A stretch of 64,000 nucleotides of DNA from a virus: positions 4,947 to 68,946 of the IMG/VR virus record IMGVR_UViG_3300035703_000076. One strand, written 5' to 3'. Both the position numbers and the translations under genes were made by a program. Of the stretch, positions 16,417 to 24,168 are shown in pieces; position 1 is the stretch's first letter, and each line of letters begins with the position of its first letter. Below the pieces are notes generated by a model. It saw only the letters and a program-made list of their open reading frames with translations. It was not told where the DNA came from and made no database searches.

Positions 16417-16677
16417 ATGAGAAACTTCCTTATTGTAATTTTATTTCTGTTGTGTGTAGTCCAGGCAAATGAGATTGACAAGCTTGAAAAGATTGACGAG
16501 GTTCACATCATGGAGGCTTGTTACCCCGAAATTGACACAATGGTTGGGCAGGATTGCGTTAAAATTGTTTTTGGAAGGATTGCCAAGCAAATTTATGACG
16601 ACACGCTTAAAACGAACAGAATTTACATAGAAAAAGCAACTTTTAAATATTACTCCAATGACCCTCACCGCCGTTGA
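16417..16677 (+). CDS. hypothetical protein with signal peptide
   Basis: MRNFLIVILFLLCVVQA N-terminus. Confidence 0.6.
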   Translation: MRNFLIVILFLLCVVQANEIDKLEKIDEVHIMEACYPEIDTMVGQDCVKIVFGRIAKQIYDDTLKTNRIYIEKATFKYYSNDPHRR

Positions 16678-16882
16678 CCAACTGATACTTGACTTGACTT
16701 CCAACCGAATGCTTGAATTGAAAGACCCGTTTCTTTTCCAAGACCTTGTAACCAAAGCTAAGGAAATCGAAATGAAGCAAATCGTTGAAGCGAGAAGCAC
16801 CGCCCCTTTGTTGTTGAACCCAATGAAGGAAGATTATAAGGTTGAAGCGGAGCATTATTACAACAAGAAGTTTAAAAAATAA
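16658..16882 (+). CDS. hypothetical phage protein (TAV...AKE.E..QI..A...AE.YY)
   Basis: ORF with a motif common in Bacteroidota phages. Confidence 0.7.
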   Translation: MTLTAVDQLILDLTSNRMLELKDPFLFQDLVTKAKEIEMKQIVEARSTAPLLLNPMKEDYKVEAEHYYNKKFKK

Positions 16883-16904
16883 TTTGTAGTTTCAAAAAAG
16901 TTTT

Positions 16905-17035
16905 TACCTTTGCTCCAAGTTCACTCTTGGCGGAGCGCACTAAAAAGACATTTTTTATTCCTCGGGCATAGCCCAAAGAATTCGCCCCACTTGAAGTTCC
17001 CCTCCGCCAAGAGAACAAGTGGGCTTTTCTTTTTT
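16905..17035 (+). promoter_or_regulatory. promoter plus structured leader/attenuator
   Basis: TACCTTTG box; 12-bp inverted repeat 16924-16935/17002-17013; competing stem 16986-16993/17016-17023 followed by a T tract. Confidence 0.65.
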
Positions 17036-17036
17036 A

Positions 17037-17804
17037 ATGCCAAACCACAAAAGAGATAGGGAGTATGTAAGGTTTCAAGCTAAACTTAGCGATGAGGGCT
17101 TGCTTTCTTTGTGGTGCAACTTCGATACATTAAAAAGGCATTGCGAAGTAATTAACGGAAAATGGGCAGACCTTGATGGAGGTTTTGTTCGTACAAAAGA
17201 CCTCGAAATTCACGCTAAAAGGTTAAAGGTAAGGAAAGATACCCTTCGCAAGAAATTAAGCCAAATGGTGAAAGAAGGATGGGCAATAAAGAAGCGTACA
17301 GGCGTTCAATTAGTTTCTTGGAAAAAGGTTGCGGCTAAATATGGTTTCAACCTTAAACAGAGAATGATTTTAGGCCACAACAAAAAGACGTTTAGGCAAA
17401 ATGCCACTTATGCTTACATAAGAAGTTCAATAAATCAAAAAGTTCACCGAAGATTTCAAGAACTTAACAGAAAGGAAATGATTGTTAAAAAGGAGCTTAT
17501 CAGAGAAACCAAGCTCGCTTTGATTAACAACCCCAGCGATGATTACAACTTTGCTCCTTCTGTTAGAGAGATTGCAAGGAATATCGGATTAAAGTCAGCA
17601 AGAAGCGTTTCAGCAATTAATCAGAACCTTGAAGCAAGGGGATTGATTGAAATGGAGAAAAGAATAGCTTTTTTTTGCATGACTTCGTACTTTCCAATCC
17701 ATATCAAAGGACAACCCGAATTTGAAGGACATTGTTTCCGTTCAAAGAATGACAAAGGGCTTGTTGTAATGAGAAGATTGAAGCAATTTATTTTTTTAAA
17801 ATGA
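17037..17804 (+). CDS. tandem winged-HTH DNA-binding protein (possible replication initiator/regulator)
   Basis: TLRKKLSQMVKEGW and LexA-DBD-like PSVREIA..IGLKS...V......LE.RGLI. Confidence 0.6.
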   Translation: MPNHKRDREYVRFQAKLSDEGLLSLWCNFDTLKRHCEVINGKWADLDGGFVRTKDLEIHAKRLKVRKDTLRKKLSQMVKEGWAIKKRTGVQLVSWKKVAAKYGFNLKQRMILGHNKKTFRQNATYAYIRSSINQKVHRRFQELNRKEMIVKKELIRETKLALINNPSDDYNFAPSVREIARNIGLKSARSVSAINQNLEARGLIEMEKRIAFFCMTSYFPIHIKGQPEFEGHCFRSKNDKGLVVMRRLKQFIFLK

Positions 17805-17940
17805 GGCTTTGGCAAGAAAATGCACATATTGAAAGAAACCCAATACCTTTAGACCATTTGGCATTAAGACAACAGCAAGGAGTGTTTGACCCCCTTGAGA
17901 TAGCTAAAAACCCGACAAAAACTAAAAAAAACTTGAAAAA

Positions 17941-18321
17941 ATGAAAAAACTGACTTACAACCTTGAGAAAGATATGGAATCGGGAGAAATCGAAATTTAT
18001 AGCTCAAACAGCAAAACTAAGCCTCCATACACTTTCGAAGGCTTGCTTAATCTTGCAAATTTGCATTCTACAAGCGCACTGCAAGCGGCGCATAGCTCTA
18101 TGACTTATTACAAATTTAATTACCTTAATACAGAGGAAGAAAGAGCCGAAAATCCACGTTATGCTATGGTGAAAAAATGGGAGCAATATTACGAAACCAT
18201 AAAAAGTAACAAAAGGTACAAGTGTTCTTGTGGATGGAAAGGAAAAGAAATCGAAACGCAGGAAAATCATTTTGGAGAATGTATTTGCCCTGATTGCAGG
18301 ACTACAATAAACACAGATTAA
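17941..18321 (+). CDS. hypothetical protein with C-terminal Zn ribbon (CSCGW.G...CPDC)
   Basis: Cys motifs. Confidence 0.7.
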   Translation: MKKLTYNLEKDMESGEIEIYSSNSKTKPPYTFEGLLNLANLHSTSALQAAHSSMTYYKFNYLNTEEERAENPRYAMVKKWEQYYETIKSNKRYKCSCGWKGKEIETQENHFGECICPDCRTTINTD

Positions 18322-18330
18322 ACAATAAAA

Positions 18331-18522
18331 ATGGAAACCTCAAAACAAAATGGCGATTTTGTAATTGTTGACAAACAGGTTTACGCCAAAATGAAAGAAT
18401 TTATTGAAGGCTACAAATACGCTTTGCAAACAACAAAGTCAATGCCAAATTTCGAACCTCTTGAAAAGCTGAAAATGCTCAAAATAATAGAGCAAATTAA
18501 GGAATGTCAAAAATTTATGTAA
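18331..18522 (+). CDS. hypothetical protein
   Basis: ORF. Confidence 0.6.
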   Translation: METSKQNGDFVIVDKQVYAKMKEFIEGYKYALQTTKSMPNFEPLEKLKMLKIIEQIKECQKFM

Positions 18523-18779
18523 GCATGGAAAAAGAAACTACCGAACACTTAATAAGAATTCATTATAGAATTAAAGATTTTGCCGATGCAAGAGATAAAG
18601 AAGGGCTGAAAAATTACCTTGAATCTTTAAACAAAGAAGAATCTACTTGCGGCGAGTTAAGGATAGCTCTTATAATTTGCAAGGATATTAGAAGCTTTGT
18701 GGATAAAGATTTAATTCCTGACGATATTTTTGAAAGCATGAAAAAACTCCTATTTAGCAAAACCAATAGTAAATATTAA
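18504..18779 (+). CDS. hypothetical protein
   Basis: ORF. Confidence 0.6.
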   Translation: MSKIYVSMEKETTEHLIRIHYRIKDFADARDKEGLKNYLESLNKEESTCGELRIALIICKDIRSFVDKDLIPDDIFESMKKLLFSKTNSKY

Positions 18780-18961
18780 AATGTTAGAACTAATTGAAAC
18801 CTCAAACCAGCATTCGTCAATAAGCCCCTTGTTGCTTGTAGTTGCTTTTTTATTTTTATTGGTAGTCCTTGCAATAATGCTGGTTGGTGATGATGAAAAT
18901 GAAAAATAATTTTTTTTAATTCATAATTATTCATAACTTTGCACAACCATTACTGGTAAAC

Positions 18962-19285
18962 ATGGAAGATTTAAACAACTCTAAAGACCTAAAGGTAATT
19001 GCCAAAGGGATTCATGAAATGCTTGCAAATGAAACGCCTTCATCATTTCAAATTTGGCTTGAAGAAAATGGGTTCGAGAACGACTTTGAAGAAGAAAAAG
19101 AATTAAGCGAAAAAGACCTGTTTCAAATTGGATTTAGGGGTATGGGAAAATATATTCAATTCTTTAACGAATTTATTGATTTGCCTCTTGATGAAAATTT
19201 TAGAAAAACCATAAGCGGAAACGATAAAATGAGGGCTATTATGGTAAGAATGATTGAAGTTAAAATTATTGAAAAAGGGGTGTAG
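18962..19285 (+). CDS. hypothetical protein, paralogue of 62370-62678
   Basis: Shared C-terminal domain Q.GFR...KY..FFNEF.......NF....S.N...R...V..IE..IIEK.V; own TAACTTTG promoter. Confidence 0.75.
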   Translation: MEDLNNSKDLKVIAKGIHEMLANETPSSFQIWLEENGFENDFEEEKELSEKDLFQIGFRGMGKYIQFFNEFIDLPLDENFRKTISGNDKMRAIMVRMIEVKIIEKGV

Positions 19286-19286
19286 G

Positions 19287-19568
19287 ATGGAAAAGATTAA
19301 ATTCAAATGTTTGCTTTGCGGAAGGGATAATTTCGATGCAAAACAACCCCATAGATGCCAAGGCGGATTTAGGAAAAGGGGGCTGAAGTGGGAAATGATA
19401 GTTCCTGAATTAACAGGCTTTGAAATGCTTGAACTTGGTAAACGCGCAAGCGATAAGGCCGACCTGTTTATGATGGCAACGCACCAAATAAGGGAAGCAA
19501 TGAAGTTGCATAAAATGAACAGGGAGAAAGGCGCAATTTTGTATGTAATTAACAAATTTAATCTATAA
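19287..19568 (+). CDS. hypothetical protein (CxxC..HxC)
   Basis: ORF from MEKIKF. Confidence 0.6.
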   Translation: MEKIKFKCLLCGRDNFDAKQPHRCQGGFRKRGLKWEMIVPELTGFEMLELGKRASDKADLFMMATHQIREAMKLHKMNREKGAILYVINKFNL

Positions 19569-19728
19569 CATGGACGAAATAACTAAGCGAGAATTAAAAG
19601 GCGCAATAATAATGCTGTTAGGCGTTTTGGTTGCTGTAGTGTCCGAGCATTGGCTAAATCTTACATTTGGATTGATAATGGGATTTATCTCGCTAAGCTA
19701 TTTTTCACACCTTTTTAAATAAAACATA

Positions 19729-20010
19729 ATGGACAAAAAACAAAAGCAATTTCCCTCATACGAAGATTTTGAAGTTCAAAAAGAGGCTTTCAAAGGAACT
19801 ATTGAGGGCTCGTTTATCTACGAATTTATTTTCAACAAAAAACTTGACAGCGTAGGTTATTTTAAGGCAATTGAAAAGGCTTTGAAAAACCAAGACTACG
19901 CCTATTATTTGTATGAAAGAAATAAGTGGAACATGGAACACAGACCAACACGGAAGCAAAGGGTTATTAGGTGGTGGAATAGGTTAATTGCTAAACTTTT
20001 AATTAAATAA
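19729..20010 (+). CDS. hypothetical protein
   Basis: ORF. Confidence 0.65.
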   Translation: MDKKQKQFPSYEDFEVQKEAFKGTIEGSFIYEFIFNKKLDSVGYFKAIEKALKNQDYAYYLYERNKWNMEHRPTRKQRVIRWWNRLIAKLLIK

Positions 20011-20012
20011 CA

Positions 20013-20246
20013 ATGGAAAAATTTTATCATGCACTTTTTGCGTATTTTACCGTAAGCTCTGCGCTTGGCATACTTTACATGATTTGGAAAACATGGATTT
20101 TAGATGGACAATATCATAAAGACCCTTATCTTAGAAGGGATTGGTACTATTTTGTATTAATAGGATGGTTAATCACTATTCCTTTAATTTTAATAACCCT
20201 CGTTGCCATTGTTGTTGACGACATTAAAAAAATAAAATGGAAATGA
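20013..20246 (+). CDS. two-TM membrane protein
   Basis: Two hydrophobic segments. Confidence 0.65.
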   Translation: MEKFYHALFAYFTVSSALGILYMIWKTWILDGQYHKDPYLRRDWYYFVLIGWLITIPLILITLVAIVVDDIKKIKWK

Positions 20247-20542
20247 CACTAACTGAAATCCTGAAAGACTATTTTGCCAAAACTCCACTTGCCCAAGTGA
20301 AAAAAGACTGGGAAGAATCACAAGAATTTGACAAAGTTGGGCCACCTTTGGATGAGTACATGAAATTCTTGGAGGAAAAGCATTTTCCAACTCCGATTAC
20401 AAACACTATAAATTTTGGGGATATTGCTTGCATGCACAATTCTTGCACAAAATGTCACGGAAGAGGCGTTGACAATGAAGGAAGGGCTTGTATTCATTTA
20501 ATAAGCTGCAATTGTAAAAGATGCAAGCCAATGGCGTATTAA
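20237..20542 (+). CDS. hypothetical protein with Cys/His-rich C-terminus
   Basis: CMH..C..C.G.G....G..CIH.ISC.C.RC. Confidence 0.7.
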   Translation: MEMTLTEILKDYFAKTPLAQVKKDWEESQEFDKVGPPLDEYMKFLEEKHFPTPITNTINFGDIACMHNSCTKCHGRGVDNEGRACIHLISCNCKRCKPMAY

Positions 20543-20605
20543 TTTTTCCCAAAATAAATTTGTTTGTTTCATAAAACTTCATAACTTTGCATCCAATAAA
20601 CATAT

Positions 20606-20701
20606 CCTCTTCTGGTGTAATAAAACACGTTTTAGGATAAGGTGGCGTAATTAACCACAACTTGTCTTGAAAAGATGGGGGTGAAAATCCCCCAAAGAGG
20701 C
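20606..20701 (+). ncRNA. tRNA-like RNA 1 with an elongated anticodon-position hairpin
   Basis: Acceptor CCTCTT/AAGAGG; D-arm-like TGGTGTAATAAAACAC; T-arm GGGGG-TGAAAAT-CCCCC; promoter TAACTTTG at 20582. Confidence 0.6.
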
Positions 20702-20798
20702 GCTCTAAGTGTAGGATTAATCCGAACAACGAGGCGACGCAATGCGCCTACAATGCGAAAGCAAGAGGCTTGGAGATAGATATGTTTACTGAAACCTT

Positions 20799-20929
20799 GG
20801 ACAAATGGCGGGATAGGTACACGCAACAGGATGGTGTGATAGAGATTTGAAACTATAATCGTAAGCGCACCTCGTTCTTAGGAGAAATCCGATAATAGGT
20901 CGCTGGTTCGAACCCAGCTTTGTCCGCAA
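20799..20929 (+). ncRNA. tRNA-like RNA 2 with a branched insert of about 75 nt
   Basis: Acceptor GGACAAA/TTTGTCC; D-arm TGGCGGGATAGGTACACGC; canonical T-arm GCTGG-TTCGAAC-CCAGC; no canonical anticodon stem-loop. Confidence 0.7.
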
Positions 20930-20944
20930 AACTTTTAAACTAAA

Positions 20945-21166
20945 ATGAAAGGAATTTATTTAACAGAAGAAGGCGTAAATGAAATAGGAAAAGCTATTTA
21001 CGTTTTAGAGCGTTCCATTTCTAATGCAGAAGGCCAAATAAAAGAATTCAAGGAAATGGGATTTGATGTTAAGCAAAACGAAGCATCTATTCGTTCCGAT
21101 AAAAAAGTTTTGGCTGTTTACAAAGAAATCGCTTCATCTTATAAACCTTTTTCAAAAAAAAATTAA
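20945..21166 (+). CDS. hypothetical coiled-coil protein
   Basis: ORF. Confidence 0.65.
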   Translation: MKGIYLTEEGVNEIGKAIYVLERSISNAEGQIKEFKEMGFDVKQNEASIRSDKKVLAVYKEIASSYKPFSKKN

Positions 21167-21171
21167 CCACC

Positions 21172-21318
21172 ATGCCCAAACTCCGCAAAACGATAAACAT
21201 TGACAAGGAAACAGCCAACAAGGTTGAAAAGTTGTCTGTCAAGCAGAAAAGGTCGTTCAGCCAAATGAGCGATATTTTGTTGAACAAAGGGATTGAAGTA
21301 ACTGAAAAGGGAAAGTGA
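21172..21318 (+). CDS. ribbon-helix-helix-like protein (48 aa)
   Basis: Hand translation MPKLRKTINIDKETANKVEKLSVKQKRSFSQMSDILLNKGI...; CopG/RHH pattern. Confidence 0.65.
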   Translation: MPKLRKTINIDKETANKVEKLSVKQKRSFSQMSDILLNKGIEVTEKGK

Positions 21319-21450
21319 TGCCACGCTACGCCAAAGTAATCGCAACAGGAATCATTGGAAGGGTTCACGATATGGACGAGCATTTTGTTGGCTTGTGGAT
21401 TGATGGGAAAAGTCGGTTGCAAGTGTACCTAATTGGGGAGGTTGAATTAA

Positions 21451-21690
21451 TTGATTAAAGCTATGAACATAACTATCAAAGCCGATTCCGAGGATATAAG
21501 GATTTACGTTGATAAATTGCTTCATTTGAGGTTTCCAAGGGATAAAAACATAATTGTGCATAGTTGGATTGAAGGACACAGCAAAGCTTTCTACATTAGC
21601 CTCGATGTCAATGGAAGGAAGGAAGTTGTTATTTACGACAGCAAGGAAATGTGGGAGAAGGTGTTGAAAGTATTAGATTGTGAATTGTAA
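21451..21690 (+). CDS. hypothetical protein
   Basis: ORF. Confidence 0.6.
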   Translation: MIKAMNITIKADSEDIRIYVDKLLHLRFPRDKNIIVHSWIEGHSKAFYISLDVNGRKEVVIYDSKEMWEKVLKVLDCEL

Positions 21691-21701
21691 AAAATTAAAA
21701 A

Positions 21702-21896
21702 ATGAAAAATCAATCACTCCCCACCTTTGAAACATTCGTTGAAGATAACTTCATCAGAATCCATTTCAATCTTTACCAATCCATTGACACGAAAATTTAC
21801 TTCACCTACGAACAGGTTGAGGCAAGGTACGCCAACTTGAAGTTTCAAGAAAGGGCAAAGAAATTAAACTTAAATCAGGAGGAAAAAGAACAATGA
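21702..21896 (+). CDS. hypothetical protein
   Basis: ORF. Confidence 0.6.
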   Translation: MKNQSLPTFETFVEDNFIRIHFNLYQSIDTKIYFTYEQVEARYANLKFQERAKKLNLNQEEKEQ

Positions 21897-22375
21897 AACA
21901 CCATTCAATCATTGGCCGAATTGATGCCGAAAACTACAACAGCTTAATCAACTTCTTGAACGAAAGCCAGGGTGAACAGAAATCAATTTTGCTCAATAGT
22001 GGGGGAGGGGAAATAGCTTATTGTTATGCTACCTTGCACGCAATTGAAAAGGTTGTGGACGAAGTTGAACTTGTTGGCTCTAATGGCGTTTATAGCGCAG
22101 CCTTTGAAATATTCTATAAATTTAGCGGCAAAAAAGTTCTTTTGCCATACTGTAAAGGAATGACACATAGGCCAATGGTCGGCGTATCTTTAACAGACAA
22201 CCTCCAAACGGTTTTCAGAGAGGACGATTGCCAAAAAAGAACATTGAAGGACAATCAACAGAACCTAATTGACGAATGTTCAAAGTTTTTAACGCCAAAA
22301 GAAATGAAGGACTACAAGCGTGGGGTTGACGTTTATTTCACCTACAACCGAATGAAAGAAATCTTTAATTTGTAA
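21893..22375 (+). CDS. ClpP-like protease-family protein
   Basis: IGRID, LNSGGG, YSAA (catalytic Ser) and MTH (His) motifs. Confidence 0.7.
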   Translation: MKHHSIIGRIDAENYNSLINFLNESQGEQKSILLNSGGGEIAYCYATLHAIEKVVDEVELVGSNGVYSAAFEIFYKFSGKKVLLPYCKGMTHRPMVGVSLTDNLQTVFREDDCQKRTLKDNQQNLIDECSKFLTPKEMKDYKRGVDVYFTYNRMKEIFNL

Positions 22376-22377
22376 CA

Positions 22378-22812
22378 ATGAAAATATTAGCACTTGACAT
22401 AGCCACCAACACGGGGTGGAAAACAGAAACAGCAAGCGGGGTGTGGAACTTAAAACCTGCAAGGGGTGAAAGCGAAGGAATGAGGGTTGTAAGGTTTAAA
22501 TCCAAAGTAAGGGAACTTATCGACATGGAATCAATTACCCTTGTCAGTTATGAACGCCCTGCGGGAATGCACAAAGCCTCCATTATGGTTGCATCAGAAA
22601 TGGTGGGGGTACTGAAAGACCTTTGTATTGAAAAGGGGATTGAACTTGCTTGTTATTCAGCAACAGAAATCAAAAAGTTTGCAACGGATAAAGGCAATGC
22701 GAACAAGGAGCAAATGATTGAAGCGGCAAGGAAACGTGGATTTAATCCAGCTGACGACAATGAGGCTGACGCTATATGGTTATACCTTTTAACTAAAAAA
22801 GATGTTAACTAA
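22378..22812 (+). CDS. RuvC-like Holliday junction resolvase
   Basis: ILALD....GW, YE, KKFAT.KGNA.K..M, DDNEADA. Confidence 0.85.
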   Translation: MKILALDIATNTGWKTETASGVWNLKPARGESEGMRVVRFKSKVRELIDMESITLVSYERPAGMHKASIMVASEMVGVLKDLCIEKGIELACYSATEIKKFATDKGNANKEQMIEAARKRGFNPADDNEADAIWLYLLTKKDVN

Positions 22813-22813
22813 C

Positions 22814-23071
22814 TTAGCAGTTCCACCTTTTTCTTGCGGCTTTGCCTCGTTCGCCTGTCCAACCCTTAGACCTTGCACAGAAACTTTTCTTTCTTGCAGC
22901 GTCCTTTTCTGTTTTTGGATTTGGAGCAGGTGGTTTAAGGTTAGAACCCGTTTTAGCATTTAGAAGTCTGCGACCTCTTTCAGTCATACCAGCTCCCTGA
23001 GAAACGGGTAAGTAGTTTTTATTTTTGCCCTTTGTGGTTTTAGGAATTGGTTTGTCGTGTTTGTTTGCCAT
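22814..23071 (-). CDS. small basic phage protein (RKKSFCAR...RKRWNC; DUF6321-like)
   Basis: Motif; own TAATTTTG box 4 nt before the ATG. Confidence 0.75.
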   Translation of the reverse strand: MANKHDKPIPKTTKGKNKNYLPVSQGAGMTERGRRLLNAKTGSNLKPPAPNPKTEKDAARKKSFCARSKGWTGERGKAARKRWNC

Positions 23072-23106
23072 AAGACAAAATTACAAAAAAATAATTATCT
23101 TTGCCT

Positions 23107-23475
23107 ATGCAATATTTTGGAATCATACTTATAGCAGTAGCTATATTAATTTTTATTTACGCCACACTTGAACTAAGGAGAAGCCGTATATTAGAACGTG
23201 AAGACCTGGAAGATGGGGATTTGTCTCAAAATGCAAGTAGTATTATTGGTGAAGTTGCCGAAAAGCCGTTTGACCTTGTTACCTTTCGTGGTGAAACAAT
23301 AAAAATGGGAATATACGAAGCTTGGTATTTTAATAATGTACTGAAAGACAGGAAAGCAAGAAGCAAAGCTTGGGCTTTAGCCAAAAAAGGAAAGTACCCC
23401 TTTCCTGAAATATTGGAAATGGAGAAAGATTGGAGAGCAACGAAGGATAATCCTATTGAAGTAACTCTACCCTAA
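23107..23475 (+). CDS. membrane-anchored hypothetical protein
   Basis: N-terminal TM; TATCTTTG box just upstream. Confidence 0.65.
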   Translation: MQYFGIILIAVAILIFIYATLELRRSRILEREDLEDGDLSQNASSIIGEVAEKPFDLVTFRGETIKMGIYEAWYFNNVLKDRKARSKAWALAKKGKYPFPEILEMEKDWRATKDNPIEVTLP

Positions 23476-23737
23476 ATGCTCTATTAATGGAAATTTCATT
23501 TCCTTCGATTCCTTTTGAATCAGGCAGAAACAAAACCTTTACGTTGTCTCCCTTTTTGATTCTTTCAAGGATATTAAATATGCCTTCTTTCGCTTCAAAG
23601 AACGGAAAGAAAGATTTTCCATTTTTCTCGTTTACGACTTCTAACTTGAAGCAAGTTTTTTTAAAAGGCTCTCCTTCTCTTGTTGTTAAGTGTCTATGTG
23701 ACAGACTTACGAATTTTCCTGTAATTGATGATGACAT
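23453..23737 (-). CDS. OB-fold/SSB-like small protein (DUF3127-like)
   Basis: ITGK......T..G..F.K..F........F.F......I.KGD.VKV.F pattern from MSSSITG. Confidence 0.55.
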   Translation of the reverse strand: MSSSITGKFVSLSHRHLTTREGEPFKKTCFKLEVVNEKNGKSFFPFFEAKEGIFNILERIKKGDNVKVLFLPDSKGIEGNEISINRAFRVELLQ

Positions 23738-23764
23738 TTCAAATAAATAAAGCACAAAAATAGT

Positions 23765-24151
23765 ATGGAAGACGAATATTTTGACTATATCCCTGAAATT
23801 CCTAAACTTCTTACTGACCAAGAGTTTGAAGAAGCGGAAAAAGATTCGATAAGAAAGCCTTATGTGGCAAAGTTATTAAAGTTATTTAGGCACGTTAAGG
23901 AAAGGCCAGAATTAAAGGTAAAGGCAATGCTAAATTCAAGCCTTGATAGCATCTATACGATGACTTCTGATGGCGGGTTAAGTGTTGTTAAGGATGGTGA
24001 TGTGAACCCACTTTTAAAAGCAAATTTGCTTATTGCAGAAAAGTCTGCTTCAATAATGAAAGGAATTAACGAAACGAAAAAATTAACAGGAGAACCTAAC
24101 CAAGAAAGTGAAGGAGTAAAAGAATCAAAATTTAAACCTAAGTTGGGATAA
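23765..24151 (+). CDS. putative terminase small subunit
   Basis: Size and position immediately upstream of the large subunit. Confidence 0.5.
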   Translation: MEDEYFDYIPEIPKLLTDQEFEEAEKDSIRKPYVAKLLKLFRHVKERPELKVKAMLNSSLDSIYTMTSDGGLSVVKDGDVNPLLKANLLIAEKSASIMKGINETKKLTGEPNQESEGVKESKFKPKLG

Positions 24152-24168
24152 ATTAGTAATTTTGCGAA

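Noticed and set aside
20799-20929. Canonical tRNA or tmRNA
   Set aside because: No standard 5-bp/7-nt anticodon arm can be assigned; it is far too short for tmRNA and lacks its Ala acceptor identity.
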